A stretch of 64,000 bases of DNA from Meiothermus sp. (lineage in GTDB: Bacteria > Deinococcota > Deinococci > Deinococcales > Thermaceae): NCBI GenBank assembly GCA_033762915.1, contig JANRLD010000075.1, positions 14,276-78,275 on the forward strand, read 5' to 3'. Of the stretch, positions 1-11,493 are shown piece by piece. The stretch's first letter is position 1. Each line of letters starts with the position of its first letter. The notes beneath the pieces were generated by a model that saw only the letters and a list, made by a program, of their open reading frames with translations, was not told where the DNA came from and did not search any database. A program made the position numbers and the translations under genes.

Positions 1-113
1 GTGACGGCAGCTTTTCCCATTTCCTCCTCCAACATAGTGGTCTGTAGGTATATATTAGCGTGAACGTATATATATTGCAAGTATTACGCGGGCTCGAGGT
101 AGCATCATGCGGC

Positions 114-728
114 ATGAGGCTAAACGTAGTCAAGGTCATCCGCCGCAGCGTCGCCCTGTTTGCCCATCACCCGTTGGGCCTGCTGTGGGTGTTGATTCAG
201 ACCTTTGTGGTGATGCTGTTCAGCCTGGGCACCTGGGCGGGGCCGATGTTGGTTGGCCTTTACGCGGTGCTGATCCGTTATGTGCGCGACGGCGCATGGC
301 AGCCCGAGCGGCTGTGGGGACGCTACACCTTCAACAACCTGCTGGGCGGGGTGGTTTTTGTTCTGGTCAATCTGGCCATCTATCTGGTAGGGGTGCCCTC
401 GCTCAACTTTCACCCGCTCCTCAATTTCGCGGTGCTGTTCGTCTTCAGCAGTGCGGTCACCCTGCTGTGGTTCTACACTTTCCAACTCCTCAGCGAACAA
501 GATCAGCCCTGGCAGACTGCCGTGCGGCAGGGCTGGCGCTTGGTGCTCCAGGGCGGTCTGGGCCAGCACGTGGGCCTGATCCTGATTCTGGCCCTGCTCA
601 GCGCCCTGGCCTCGAGCGGTCAGAACACCCCCCTGCTGCTCCAACTGCTGGTGCTGCTAATCTTCCTGGTTTTCTCGGTGCTGCTGCAAACCTCAGCCTA
701 TGTGATGCTGCGGGATCAACCTAAATGA
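114..728 (+). CDS. Multi-pass membrane protein, unknown function
   Basis: ORF with several hydrophobic segments; ATG at 114 chosen within ORF 60..728. Confidence 0.7.
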   Translation: MRLNVVKVIRRSVALFAHHPLGLLWVLIQTFVVMLFSLGTWAGPMLVGLYAVLIRYVRDGAWQPERLWGRYTFNNLLGGVVFVLVNLAIYLVGVPSLNFHPLLNFAVLFVFSSAVTLLWFYTFQLLSEQDQPWQTAVRQGWRLVLQGGLGQHVGLILILALLSALASSGQNTPLLLQLLVLLIFLVFSVLLQTSAYVMLRDQPK

Positions 729-779
729 CATGAACCTTGGCGCGTCAGGGTACCGTTTGGTACAGCGCCTAACCGCCCC

Positions 780-1274
780 TCACCCCACCTGCTTTCCCGG
801 AGCCAGCGCGGCGTGGGCGCAATGGGTGAGCGCGATGGCCAGGGCGTCGGCGACATGGGAGGGCTTGGGGACCGACTTCAGGCCGAGGATGGCCGTGACC
901 ATGTAGGCGATCTGGTCTTTGTCGGCACTGCCGGTGCCCACGATGGCCTGCTTGATCTTGGGCGGGCCGTAGCCGTGGACCGGGATCTCGAGCTGATCCG
1001 CCACCAAAAACACCGCCCCCATCGCCCAACCGATCTTGTAGGCCAACTCGTTTTGGCGGTAGAAGAACTGCTCCTCCACTGAAATCGCGGTTGGCTTGTA
1101 CTTCTGTGCCACCCCGTACACCGCGCGGTACAGCGAACCCACCCGCCGAGGGGCGGTGTCCGCGTGGCTGGTCTTGACCAACTCCCCGTGAAGCATCCGG
1201 GCTTGCTTGCCCACCTGCTCCACCACGCCAACGCCCATGTTGGTGATGCCGGGGTCTATACCGAGGACGATCAT
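780..1274 (-). CDS. ruvC: Holliday junction resolvase RuvC
   Basis: LGIDPG, VEEQF, K-x-A-I-V-G-x-G-x-A-x-K and ADALAIA motifs. Confidence 0.97.
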   Translation of the reverse strand: MIVLGIDPGITNMGVGVVEQVGKQARMLHGELVKTSHADTAPRRVGSLYRAVYGVAQKYKPTAISVEEQFFYRQNELAYKIGWAMGAVFLVADQLEIPVHGYGPPKIKQAIVGTGSADKDQIAYMVTAILGLKSVPKPSHVADALAIALTHCAHAALAPGKQVG

Positions 1275-1880
1275 GGAAGAGGGGTCAGTGGTCGGGGAAA
1301 TGGGGGGAAAGGCCGAAAGGGTCCGACGAGAGGTTTTCGAAGCGCTCCACAGAGTTTGGGCTCAATCTCTCATTCTGTGGCGAAGACCGGCCAGTCGATT
1401 ATAGGAGCAGGTCGCTAGCTGGAAGGCCCTTGGGCATGTGCACCATGCCAGCTCCTTAGCACGCCGCGAACCTCTTGAGCCAGAGTCACGCAGCACCCAC
1501 GCGACCCTGCCCTCCGAACAGGTACGCATTGCCGGGCGGTGGGCTTGGGCTTGCCCCGATTTCCGCGCGGCTGATGTCCGGTGCGGGGTCATGGCCCCAC
1601 ACTACCACGCGTCGGCATCTTGAAAGGCAAGGGTTTGTGCATGAGCACCTTGGGGAGTGATTCCTCGGGCCAAATGCCTGTTTGAGCTATTCGTCGAGCG
1701 CCTGGGAAGGGTGGGTCGGACGTGCAGTGGGGTTTCCCAAGCACTAAACCCAACTCGCGTCCTGGCGGTTAAAGTCAGCTTTTGGCCAGTTCGACCCGGT
1801 CGCGTATCCCGGCTCGTCATGGTGCTCTTTTCCTTAGACTCTCGACTTTACGCAACGGACAGCCTTAGGCTATTCCCACA

Positions 1881-4301
1881 ATGCCTATTCCAACCCGTTC
1901 GGAGATCGTTATCGTAGGGGGCGGGATCGTGGGGGTCTCGCTGGCCTATCACTTGGCCAAGCTGGGCAAGCGTGAGGTGACGGTGCTCGAGCAGGGGCAG
2001 ATCACCTGCGGCACCACCTGGCATGCTGCGGGCCTGGTGGGGCAGATGCGCCCCAACCGCTCGATGACCCGCATGAGCCGCTACGGAATCGAGCTGTACC
2101 GTGGTCTCGAGGCCGAGACCGGGCAGGCTACCGGCTGGAAGACCTGCGGCAGCCTCAACGTGGCCCGCACCCCCGAGCGGTGGACTATCTACCAGCGGCA
2201 GGCTGCCATGGCGCGCAGTTTCGGGGTCGAGGTGGAGATGCTCACCCCGGAAGAGGCCGGTCGGCTCTATCCCATTCTGCGCACCGACGACCTCCAGGGT
2301 GCCCTGTGGTTCCCAGAGGACGGCAAGGCCAACCCCGTCGACCTGACCCAAGCCTTGGCAAGGGGTGCGCGGCAGCAGGGCGTAAAGATCGTCGAGGGCA
2401 TCCGGGTCGAGGGCTTCCGATTGGGACGTGGGGCGGTGGTGGGGGTAGAAACCGATCAGGGGTACCTGGAGTGCGCCCAATTGGCCTGCTGTGCCGGGCA
2501 ATGGACTCGAGCCCTGGCCGCTAAGGCTGGCGTCAATGTCCCGCTGTTTTCCGCCGAGCACTTCTACTGGGTCACCGAGCCCATCGAGGGCGTTCACCCC
2601 ATGCTGCCGGTGATGCGCGACCCCGACGGCTTCCTCTACTTCAAGGAGGAGGTGGGCGGGCTGCTGGTGGGCGGCTTCGAGCCGGTGGCCAAGCCCTGGG
2701 GCAAGCACGGCATCCCCGAAAAGTTCGAGTTCCAACTGCTGCCCGAGGACTGGGATCAGGTCGAAGTCCTGGTTCAAAACGCGCTGCACCGGGTGCCCGT
2801 CCTCGAGCAGACCGGGGTCAAGCGACAGATCAACGGCCCGGAGAGCTTCACCCCGGACGGCAATTTCATCCTGGGCGAGGCCCCGGAAGTGCGGAACTTT
2901 TTTGTCGCGGCGGGCTTTAACTCGGCCGGCATCGCCAACGCCGGCGGGGCCGGGCGGCTGCTGGCCGAGTGGATGGTGTGGGGCGAGTCGCCGGGAGACT
3001 TGTTCGAAGTGGATATCCGGCGTTTCGGCCCCTACGCCGCCAACCTGAACTGGCTCGAGGGCCGCACCGTCGAGACCCTGGGCCTGCACTACGCCATGCG
3101 CTGGCCCCGGCACGAGCTCGAGTCGGGCCGCCCGCAGCGCCGCTCGCCGCTGTACGGGCAGCTCGAGTCCAGGGGGGCTTGCTTCGGCAGCAAGATGGGT
3201 TGGGAACGGGCCAACTGGTTCGCGCCAAATGGACAAAAGCCCGAAATGGCCTACACCCTGGGCCGCCCCAACTGGCTCGAGGCCGTGATCGCAGAGCAGA
3301 ACGCGGTGCGCCAGGCGGTGGGGCTGTTCGACCAGAGTTCGTTCGGCAAGCTGCTGGTGGTCGGGCGGGATGCGCTGGGGGTGCTGCAGCGCCTGTGCGC
3401 AAACGAGATGGACGTGCCGGTGGGCCAAATCGTCTACACCCCGATGCTCAATGCGCGGGGCGGATACGAGTCGGACGTGACCGTGCACCGGCTGGGGAGG
3501 GAGGAGTTCTTCGTCGTCACTGGGACGGCCCAGCCCACCCGCGACCTGGCCTGGATTCGGCGGCACACCGGAGAAAACGAGCACCTCTACGCCCTGGAGG
3601 TCACCAACGCTTGGTCGGTGCTCTCGCTGTTTGGCCCTCGGGCCGAGGCGCTGTTGAGGCGCTTGACGGCCGTGGACCTGAGTCTGGAGGCCTTTCCGCC
3701 CAACAGCTTCCTCGAGCTTCACCTGGGCTTTGCCAACGTGCGGGCGGCGCGGGTCTCCTACGTGGGCGGGCCAGGGTGGGAGCTGTATGTGCCAGTGGAA
3801 ATGGCGGCGGGGCTGTACCAGACCCTCTGGGAAGTAGGGGCAGACTTGGGCCTGCGCGACTGCGGCTACTATGCCCTCGACGCCCTCCGCATCGAGGCCG
3901 GGCGGAGGGCCTTTCCCTCCGAGCTCTCGCCTGACTTCAACCCCTTCGAGGCGGGCCTGGGCTTCGCGGTCAGGCTCGATAAGCCTACGGGATTCGTTGG
4001 TCAAGGCGCCCTAAGGGCGGCCTCGAGAACCCAACTGACCAGACGGCTCCTAACCTTTACCTTTCCCCAGACCGAGCTGTTCGCCTGGGGCGGCGAGCCC
4101 ATCCTTCGCGACGGTAAGCCGGTCGGCGAGCTGTCTTCGGTGGGCTACAGCGCAACGCAGGGGTGCATGGTCGGGCTGGGGTACGTGTACTCCAGCGCTC
4201 CGGAAACGGCTAAGGAGGTGTTGGTGAGCTCGTTTGCGCTGGAGGTTTCGGGTCGGGTTGTGCCGGCCAAGGCTGGCACCCAGGCGGTTTGGAAGCCTTG
4301 A
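1881..4301 (+). CDS. GcvT-family FAD-dependent oxidoreductase (sarcosine/dimethylglycine dehydrogenase-like)
   Basis: GGGIVG Rossmann motif, GTTWHAAG, INGPESFTPD, C-terminal aminomethyltransferase-like domain. Confidence 0.92.
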   Translation: MPIPTRSEIVIVGGGIVGVSLAYHLAKLGKREVTVLEQGQITCGTTWHAAGLVGQMRPNRSMTRMSRYGIELYRGLEAETGQATGWKTCGSLNVARTPERWTIYQRQAAMARSFGVEVEMLTPEEAGRLYPILRTDDLQGALWFPEDGKANPVDLTQALARGARQQGVKIVEGIRVEGFRLGRGAVVGVETDQGYLECAQLACCAGQWTRALAAKAGVNVPLFSAEHFYWVTEPIEGVHPMLPVMRDPDGFLYFKEEVGGLLVGGFEPVAKPWGKHGIPEKFEFQLLPEDWDQVEVLVQNALHRVPVLEQTGVKRQINGPESFTPDGNFILGEAPEVRNFFVAAGFNSAGIANAGGAGRLLAEWMVWGESPGDLFEVDIRRFGPYAANLNWLEGRTVETLGLHYAMRWPRHELESGRPQRRSPLYGQLESRGACFGSKMGWERANWFAPNGQKPEMAYTLGRPNWLEAVIAEQNAVRQAVGLFDQSSFGKLLVVGRDALGVLQRLCANEMDVPVGQIVYTPMLNARGGYESDVTVHRLGREEFFVVTGTAQPTRDLAWIRRHTGENEHLYALEVTNAWSVLSLFGPRAEALLRRLTAVDLSLEAFPPNSFLELHLGFANVRAARVSYVGGPGWELYVPVEMAAGLYQTLWEVGADLGLRDCGYYALDALRIEAGRRAFPSELSPDFNPFEAGLGFAVRLDKPTGFVGQGALRAASRTQLTRRLLTFTFPQTELFAWGGEPILRDGKPVGELSSVGYSATQGCMVGLGYVYSSAPETAKEVLVSSFALEVSGRVVPAKAGTQAVWKP

Positions 4302-4406
4302 TCCGGACCGCTCGAGCTCGGCTCAATCCCAGGCCGGTGTAGGTCAGACGCTCTGGATGGCCAGGCCCGGTTTTTCCCCCGCTCCGATGCGCGGCAGGCA
4401 ATCAGC

Positions 4407-4874
4407 TTAGCGGAACTGGTAATTCACCCCGAAGCGCAACGGGAGCCCGAAGGCGGTCCCGCTGTTGACCAGGTATAAGGTAGGGGCCAGCTCGGCAAAA
4501 AAGACCACCTCCGGCGAGGAGCTATAGCTGAGCCCGGCCAGGCCGCGCAGACCAATGAAGGTGACCCCAGTCGCGTTCAGGTAGCCAATGCCCGCGCCCG
4601 CGTAGGGCAAAAATCGGTCGGTGCTGAGCGGCAAGAGAGCGTCGGCGGTCAGCTCGAGGTATCTCTGAGCAAGTCCGATGCCCACGCTGGCCCTGGCTCC
4701 AAATCCGCCGCCAAAGTCGAAGCTGCCGCCCTGGAGCATCAGCCCAGTTAGCCCGATCCCGTTCACCCATCCAAAGCTCAGGCTACCCCCAGCGAAGGGG
4801 CGGCTGTTCTGGCCACTCTGGGCCATCCCGAGCGTACTTAGCAGCAGCAGCACGACCATCAGGCGCGGAATCAT
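4407..4874 (-). CDS. Small outer-membrane beta-barrel protein
   Basis: Signal peptide, amphipathic strands, PYAGAGIGY, C-terminal GVNYQFR. Confidence 0.8.
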   Translation of the reverse strand: MIPRLMVVLLLLSTLGMAQSGQNSRPFAGGSLSFGWVNGIGLTGLMLQGGSFDFGGGFGARASVGIGLAQRYLELTADALLPLSTDRFLPYAGAGIGYLNATGVTFIGLRGLAGLSYSSSPEVVFFAELAPTLYLVNSGTAFGLPLRFGVNYQFR

Positions 4875-5000
4875 GGGGCCTATGATACGGCTCGAGCCGC
4901 CCCCAGGCCGGGCTTCCCTGACCCGTCCCTCGGCTTTCTAAACGTTATCTCAAGATTTTCTAAACGGGTGCGGCGGTGTGCGGTTGCTACACTCGAGAGC

Positions 5001-5447
5001 ATGCGCTGGACGCAATGGGCAGTTCCGATGTTGATCGCAACCCTGGTGGGCTGTGGGGGCGGCTACCAGCAGCCCCGCAACCCCAACACCAATCCCCCTG
5101 CCCCCGACCCCTGTGTGGGCAGCGACTTCACCGTAACCTATACGCCCTCCACCAGTGCCTTTGTGGTTAACAAGGGGCAGAGCGTTACCCTGCGGGCCGG
5201 CGTGAGCATCAGCTGCCCCGACACTGCCAAGGTCCGCTTCACGTTCAGCGCTTCCGAGGGAATCAGCGTCATGCCCAACACCATCGACGTGACCGGCGGC
5301 CGGGAGGGCTCGGTTACAGTACGCCTCGAGGCGGGTACCCCCACCAACCGCCCTTTCTTCACGGTCTCTGCCCAGGGCCTCGACAAAAACAACGACAAGC
5401 GCGGCCAGGAGTTGTACCCCACCACCTTCCAGTGGACTGCGCAGTAG
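5001..5447 (+). CDS. Putative lipoprotein (beta-rich)
   Basis: Lipobox LVGC; TACACT 7 nt before ATG. Confidence 0.7.
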   Translation: MRWTQWAVPMLIATLVGCGGGYQQPRNPNTNPPAPDPCVGSDFTVTYTPSTSAFVVNKGQSVTLRAGVSISCPDTAKVRFTFSASEGISVMPNTIDVTGGREGSVTVRLEAGTPTNRPFFTVSAQGLDKNNDKRGQELYPTTFQWTAQ

Positions 5448-5706
5448 GGCCAAATGGGTAAGCCAAGCGGGCTCGAGCGCTGTGCCCCACCGCTTCCATC
5501 TGGACCAGTGCCTTGGACATTAAGATTGTCAGAAAAGAACGCCTCCTACGCTGTAAAAAGCCGTCACCCCTCAGTTCAATTCTGGCCTGGATGGGCGTGA
5601 AGGGCTCGAGCCAGGACGCTAGTTTCTCGAGCGTGGGCAAGCGACGCAGGGGACAATGTTCCCCGCGTCGCTTGATGGTTCAGCGCTCAAAAGTGCACTG
5701 GTGTAG

Positions 5707-6402
5707 CTATTTGCCCTGCTGATCGGGGCTTGAGCTGGATGCCACCGGTACCGGAGGTACGTCGGCCGAAGTCTTCCACTCATACCCGGTGGCCAAAGCT
5801 CGAGCATCGGAAATGGCGTTCTTCAAGGACTGCTTGCGCAAATCGGGAGTGATGTCCATGGTTTGGGCGTTGATAAAGTGCATGTCGGTGATTCCGACAA
5901 AGCCGAAGATCGCCCGCAGGTAGGGTTCGACGAAGTTGAGGCCGCGGGTGTACTCGCCGCTGTAATCGCCACCGCTGGAGGTCACGCAGACCATCTTTTT
6001 GCCTTTTACTAGGCCCTCGGGGACGCCGGCCTCGTTGTACCGAAACAGGTAGCCCGGCTGGACGATCGCATCGATGTAGTACTTCAGCGCATAGGGGATG
6101 CTGAGGTTCCACATCGGCACGGTCAAGAGGTACAGGTCGGCGTCTAGAAAGCGCTCGATATTTTTCTCGATCTGCTTCCAAGACGTGGCCTGGGAGCCGT
6201 CCAGAGATTGGCCGGTCATCAGGGCGTACTTAGACTCGATATTCTTGCCGGCCACTGCAGGCAAGTCCTCCAAAAAGAGATCGAGCGTCTTGACCATAAG
6301 GTCGTCATATCGCTCGTGCAAAGCCTCGAGAAACACCTGGGAGATTCTTGCTGTGTTCGACGCATGACCGCGCGGCGTGCATACGATGTGCAGGATTTTC
6401 AC
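5707..6402 (-). CDS. azoR: FMN-dependent NADH-azoreductase
   Basis: TPRG..SNT, PMWNLSIPYALKYYID, SSGGDYS motifs; GTG start with SD. Confidence 0.9.
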   Translation of the reverse strand: MKILHIVCTPRGHASNTARISQVFLEALHERYDDLMVKTLDLFLEDLPAVAGKNIESKYALMTGQSLDGSQATSWKQIEKNIERFLDADLYLLTVPMWNLSIPYALKYYIDAIVQPGYLFRYNEAGVPEGLVKGKKMVCVTSSGGDYSGEYTRGLNFVEPYLRAIFGFVGITDMHFINAQTMDITPDLRKQSLKNAISDARALATGYEWKTSADVPPVPVASSSSPDQQGK

Positions 6403-6505
6403 AGAACTTCCCCCCTCTGATAGCCACCCTGTCTAGTTTTATCTGAACCTTAAGTTTCTGTCAATTGCTTCCCGCAAGGGCCATTCATCCCCTTCACCGA
6501 ACCGT

Positions 6506-6543
6506 TGTCATTCTTAGGCGCAGGTTAAGCGCCTAAGAATCTC
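6506..6543. repeat. REP-like palindrome TGTCATTCTTAGGCGC...GCGCCTAAGAATCTC
   Basis: 12-bp inverted repeat 6510-6540 with TGTCATTC head, related to elements at 8637 and 9148. Confidence 0.6.
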
Positions 6544-6707
6544 GTCACTGCAGCAAACACGCTAGCTTGGTGTTGCGAGTGACCACCTTCGCTCGAGCCT
6601 AATAGCTCTACGTTTGGCTCGAGTCAAAGACCCACACACGCCAGCCTCAGGCGAAAAACTCTTCTTTTTTTTGGTTCACCACAGATTAACAGCTGACTTC
6701 TAGATGT

Positions 6708-8441
6708 TTAGCCCTCAATAACAATTGGCAGAATCACCGGATTGCGACCGGTGTTCTTGGCGATGAACTTTTTGACTGGGAAGTAGATGTCGTCGCGAAT
6801 TTCCTCGAGTCTCCGCTTCTCCCGAATACCCTTGTACAGGCTGTCGGTGGCCATCTTGCGAATCTCGCCCAGTAGCCGCTCGCCGGCCTTGGTAAAGCCT
6901 TTGGAGATGACCTCCACCAGCGGGTCGCGGCCCACCAGCGCGGTGATGATCACCACACCCTCGGCGGCCATGTGGTTACGGTCCTGCAAAATTTCGTCGG
7001 TGATGTCGCCCACCCCCAGGCCGTCGACGTAAAGCTGGCCGTGCGGCACGGTGCCGTCGAACTCGATGTTGCCCTCGGTCAGGCGCACTACTTTGCCGTT
7101 CTCGGGGATCAGAATCTTCTGGGGCGGATTGGGCATCGACTCAGCCAGCCACTTGAAGTTGGTTTGCTGGCGGATTTCGCCGTGCCAGGGGATCAGGAAC
7201 TTGGGACGGGTCAGATTGAGTACCGTCTTGAGCTCTTCTTGCGAGGCGTGGCCCGAGGCGTGGACGCGGTAGCGGGGCGGGTAAAACACATAGGCCCCCA
7301 GCGCATATAGCCTGTTGATGACGGTGTTGACCGCCTCCTCGTTGCCGGGAATGGGGCTGCTGGAGAGGATGACGGTGTCGCCCTCTTGAATGCTCAGCTT
7401 GGCGTGTACGCCGCTGGCCAGACGCGCCAGCACCGCCTCCGGTTGGCCCTGCGAGCCGGTGGTGATGACCAGTACTTGGTCGTCGGGCAGGTCCTTGATC
7501 TCCTCGAGGGTATAGAAGCGGTCCTTCTGCTGGAAGTAGCCGAGCTCGAGGGCGATTCGGGCGAACTTGAGCATCGAGCGGCCCTCGACTGCGATCTTGC
7601 GCCCGTACTTCTCGCCTGCGGTCACCACCGACTGGATGCGGTGGATGTGCGAGGCGAAGGTGGTCACAAAGATGCGGCCCTTGGCACTGCCGATCACCTT
7701 GTCGAGTTCCTTGGCGACCTCGGCCTCGCTGGGGGTGGTGCCCAGTCGCTCGGCGTTGGTGGAGTCGGCGATGAGGGCCAGAACGCCCTCGCGGCCGGCC
7801 GCCTCGATCTTCTCCAGGTGCGAAGTCTTGCCGTCGATGGGCTGCTCGTCGAGCTTAAAGTCGCCGGTGTGCACGATCTTGCCGATGGGGCTGTGGATGA
7901 TCATCCCGAAGTTGTCGGGGATGGAGTGGGTCATCCGGAAGAGGTCGAGCTGGAAGTAGCGCCCCATGTTGATGCGGTCGTCGGGCGAGACCTCCTTGAA
8001 GTTGTATTCGCCCAGATTGATGCCAAACTCCTCGAGCTTGCCCTTGACCAGGCCCAGCGTGAGCTTTGCGCCATAGACGGGCACTTTGGGGAGTTGGGGG
8101 AACAGGTAGGCCAGCCCGCCGATGTGGTCCTCGTGCCCGTGGGTGATGACCCAGCCCTTGATGAACTCCTTGTTCTGGATCAGGTAGTCGATCCGGGGGA
8201 TCACAAGGTCCACGCCCAGCATGTGCTCGTCGGGGAAGGCCAGCCCGCCGTCGATGATGAAAATCTCATCCTCGTAGCGCACGGCCGTGATGTTTTTGCC
8301 GATCTCGCCGGTTCCGCCCAGGAAGATGATCTCCACTGCCCCGCCGGGCTTTCCCAGGATGACCGGGCCCTTGGGCTTGGGGCGTTCCTGCCGCTTGCGG
8401 GGTACTCGAGGCTTGCTGAAGGGTGGTGACTTTATGCTCAT
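6708..8441 (-). CDS. rnj: Ribonuclease J
   Basis: LGGTGEIGKN, THGHEDHIGG, HTGDFK, HASGH beta-CASP motifs. Confidence 0.96.
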   Translation of the reverse strand: MSIKSPPFSKPRVPRKRQERPKPKGPVILGKPGGAVEIIFLGGTGEIGKNITAVRYEDEIFIIDGGLAFPDEHMLGVDLVIPRIDYLIQNKEFIKGWVITHGHEDHIGGLAYLFPQLPKVPVYGAKLTLGLVKGKLEEFGINLGEYNFKEVSPDDRINMGRYFQLDLFRMTHSIPDNFGMIIHSPIGKIVHTGDFKLDEQPIDGKTSHLEKIEAAGREGVLALIADSTNAERLGTTPSEAEVAKELDKVIGSAKGRIFVTTFASHIHRIQSVVTAGEKYGRKIAVEGRSMLKFARIALELGYFQQKDRFYTLEEIKDLPDDQVLVITTGSQGQPEAVLARLASGVHAKLSIQEGDTVILSSSPIPGNEEAVNTVINRLYALGAYVFYPPRYRVHASGHASQEELKTVLNLTRPKFLIPWHGEIRQQTNFKWLAESMPNPPQKILIPENGKVVRLTEGNIEFDGTVPHGQLYVDGLGVGDITDEILQDRNHMAAEGVVIITALVGRDPLVEVISKGFTKAGERLLGEIRKMATDSLYKGIREKRRLEEIRDDIYFPVKKFIAKNTGRNPVILPIVIEG

Positions 8442-8755
8442 TGGTTCTCCGTTTTCTCAACGCCGTTGGCGTGTATTCCTTGGTGATGTTTTGCCGATGG
8501 CCGGTAGCTAAGGGCTGATGGATGATCTGAGGTTACCTATTGCGTATGTGATATTTCTGCACGGACACTTTTCTGACTGCGGGTACTGCTCAACTCTCGC
8601 CCCACTGGTGCTGCAACTCCCACTACAACAACTTTTTCACTCTGAGGAGCGACCCTGCTCAAGTCCCCAGACCGTCCCAGAAACCCAGTAGAGCCCTGCT
8701 TCAAAGCAACTTTCGTGCAAAACTAGTACAGTCACTGCACAACTCCGTGACACCG

Positions 8756-9045
8756 TCACCCCAAAAGATCAGGATAATAATCCTGCCACCTAGGGTCGAC
8801 AGCCGGCACTGGCTCGAGCTTTCGCGCTCGAGTCCAGCCCTTGATCTGCTTTTCGCGCTCTATCGCCGCCATAACATCGTTGGTCGCTTGGTAATACACC
8901 AGCCGGGTTAGGTATTCCGCTCTGTGAAGCCGTCGGCCTGCTTGGTGGGGTGTATATAGACCGTGCGCATCAGGTCATTAGAAATGCCGACGTACAGGGT
9001 TCTGGTGGTATTGGTCAGGACGTTGACCCGATACTGGTTTTTCAT
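8756..9045 (-). pseudogene. Frameshifted small GIY-YIG nuclease
   Basis: MKNQYRVNVLTNTTRTLYVGISNDL..GFT, then a frameshift near 8910 into LTRLVYYQ..AAIEREKQIKGWTRARKL..DPRWQD. Confidence 0.85.
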
Positions 9046-9202
9046 ATCCAAAGGTGCTGTACATGCGTTGTTGGTTTGAGTACAAGTTGTTCGTCGCCGG
9101 GATCGGTGAGTGAATGGGCCAAGGTGGCCGGGCAAACTCGATCGGTGGCTCCTCAGAATGACAACAGGTTTGGGGTGCATTCCGAGGAGCCAACCGTCTG
9201 TA

Positions 9203-11362
9203 TTAGCGCCGTACGGGCGGGCGGCGGGGGGCGATCAGGCCTTCCAACTCAGGCCGAATGAGGTCTACCTTGCCCTGCTCGTCGATCTTATTGACCTTGA
9301 CCTTGACCCGGTCGCCGAGCTTGAACACGTCCTCGACCCGCTCGACGCGCTCTTGGGAGATCTGGCTGATGTGCAGCAGACCGTCCTTGCCGGGGAGAAG
9401 TTCGATGAAGGCCCCGAAGTTGGTGATGCGCACCACCTTGCCGTCGTAGATCTCGCCCAGCTTGGCTTCGGCGGTCTGGCCCAGGATGCGGGCCTTGGCT
9501 TCCTCAGCTGCGGCGGCGTTTTCGGAGAAGAGGCGGATGGTGCCGTCCTGCTCAATGTCGATTTTAACGCCCAGCTCTTCTAGGGCGCGGATGTTCTTCC
9601 CGCCCGGCCCAATGATGCCGCCGATCTTCTCGGGGTTGATCTTGATGGTCAGGATGCGCGGCACCTGGGGCTTCATCTCCACACGGTGGCCGGGCATCGC
9701 GGCCTGCATCAGGCCCAGGATGTGCAGCCGAGCCTGTCTGGCCTGCTCGAGGGCCGCCTTCATCAGCTCGGTGGTCAGGCCCTTGATCTTGATGTCCATC
9801 TGGAGCGCGGTCACACCGTCGCGGGTGCCGGTCACTTTAAAGTCCATGTCGCCCAGCGCATCCTCGAGGCCTAAAATGTCGGTGAGGATGGCGTGGCGGT
9901 CGCCTTCTTTCACCAGTCCCATGGCCACTCCGGCCACCGGCTTTTTGAGCGGCACGCCGGCGTCCATCATCGCCAGCGTACCGGCGCAGACCGTGGCCAT
10001 CGAGCTCGAGCCGTTGGACTCCAGCACATCGCCCACCACCCGGATGGTGTAGGGGAAATCGTCCTTGGGCGGGAGCATCGGCTTGAGGCCGCGTTTGGCC
10101 AGGTTGCCGTGGCCCACCTCGCGGCGGCTCACCCCGCGCAGGCGCTTGACCTCGCCGGTGGAGTAGGGCGGAAAGTTGTAGTGGACTAGGAAGTCGTCCT
10201 CGTTCTCGAGGCCGAGGTCGTCGACAAGCTGGGCATCGCGGCTGGTGCCCAGCGTGGCCACGCCCAGTACCTGGGTCTCGCCCCGGCTGAAGATGGCCGA
10301 GCCGTGGGGGCGGGGCAGCACGTCGGTCTCGATCCAGATGGGGCGGACATCGGCGGGGGTCCGTCCGTCGGCCCGCTTGTTCTCGTCCAGGACCAGCCGG
10401 CGCAGCTCCTTCTTCACCACGTCGTCGAAGCCGGCCGATACCAGCTTGCGCCGGTCCACGTCCACCGACCCGTCCTCTTTGGAGGGCACGAACTCATCGA
10501 TCAGGGCCTCGGCAAAGGCATCCAGTGCCTCGGAGCGCTCGCCCTTGGAGGCGGTGAGCAACACCTCGGATAGGCCCTTGGCGACGGCCCGGTCGTAGAG
10601 GGCCTTGAGGGTATCCTCGTCTAGCTTGACCGGCGGGACGTGGGCGAACTTAGACTTGCCCATTTCATCGCGCATCTGCTCCTGCAGCGCAAGAATCGGC
10701 TGCATGGCCTTGTGGGCGAAGTCCAGGGCAGCCACCAGGTTCTCCTCGCTCACTTCGTTGGCCCCGGCCTCGACCATGATGATCGCGTCCTTGGAGCCTG
10801 CCACGACCAGCTCGAGGTCGGTGGCCTCCTGGGCCTTGGGGTTGAGCATCAAACGCCCACCTTGCATCCCCACCCGTACCGAGGCGATGGGGCCGTCCCA
10901 GGGGATGTTGGAAAGCATGAGGGCGGCTGAGGCCGCGATGGGGCCGAGGATGTCGGGGGTGTTCTCCTGGTCGGCGGAGAGCACCGTGAGCAGCACCTGC
11001 ACCTCGTGACGGAAGCCTTTGGGAAAGAGCGGGCGGATGGGTCGGTCGGTCAGTCGGGCCGAGAGAATGGCCTTCTCGCCGGGCCGTCCCTCGCGGCGCA
11101 TGAAGCTACCGGGGATGCGCCCTACCGCGTAGTGCCGCTCCTCGAACTCCACCGTGAGGGGTAAGAAGTCGGCCTGGATGGGGGCGTCGGAGGCGTGGGC
11201 GGTGGCCATCACCACGGTGTCGCCGTAGCTGACCCAGACCGAGCCCGAGACGTGCTTGGCGTATTTGCCCGTCTGGAGGGTGAGGGTGCGCCCGCCCAGC
11301 TCGACGCTATAGCGCTTACCGGCGGGTACTGGGCTAAAGCCTTGGATGTCTGTGTTCATCAA
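9203..11362 (-). CDS. pnp: Polyribonucleotide nucleotidyltransferase (PNPase)
   Basis: [31 protein letters not shown] and S1 domains. Confidence 0.98.
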   Translation of the reverse strand: MMNTDIQGFSPVPAGKRYSVELGGRTLTLQTGKYAKHVSGSVWVSYGDTVVMATAHASDAPIQADFLPLTVEFEERHYAVGRIPGSFMRREGRPGEKAILSARLTDRPIRPLFPKGFRHEVQVLLTVLSADQENTPDILGPIAASAALMLSNIPWDGPIASVRVGMQGGRLMLNPKAQEATDLELVVAGSKDAIIMVEAGANEVSEENLVAALDFAHKAMQPILALQEQMRDEMGKSKFAHVPPVKLDEDTLKALYDRAVAKGLSEVLLTASKGERSEALDAFAEALIDEFVPSKEDGSVDVDRRKLVSAGFDDVVKKELRRLVLDENKRADGRTPADVRPIWIETDVLPRPHGSAIFSRGETQVLGVATLGTSRDAQLVDDLGLENEDDFLVHYNFPPYSTGEVKRLRGVSRREVGHGNLAKRGLKPMLPPKDDFPYTIRVVGDVLESNGSSSMATVCAGTLAMMDAGVPLKKPVAGVAMGLVKEGDRHAILTDILGLEDALGDMDFKVTGTRDGVTALQMDIKIKGLTTELMKAALEQARQARLHILGLMQAAMPGHRVEMKPQVPRILTIKINPEKIGGIIGPGGKNIRALEELGVKIDIEQDGTIRLFSENAAAAEEAKARILGQTAEAKLGEIYDGKVVRITNFGAFIELLPGKDGLLHISQISQERVERVEDVFKLGDRVKVKVNKIDEQGKVDLIRPELEGLIAPRRPPVRR

Positions 11363-11493
11363 GTCTCCTGTGTTCCCGAGTAGAGCGTCGGGGCGCTGTG
11401 TGCATGGAGGGAAAGAACGGTTTGGGGGTATTAGGGCAGGGGGCGAAAGTGAATGGGTCGGAGGTCAGACAGTTGAAGGTCAAGGGTGGGGGC

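Noticed and set aside
1275..1880. Glycine riboswitch upstream of the GcvT-like gene
   Set aside because: No recognisable aptamer consensus (GGAGA..CCGAAG..CTCTCAGG) found.
4935..4966. TTTCTAAACG direct repeat at 22-bp spacing
   Set aside because: Single occurrence that does not fit the 8-bp-to-(-10) geometry; could be chance.
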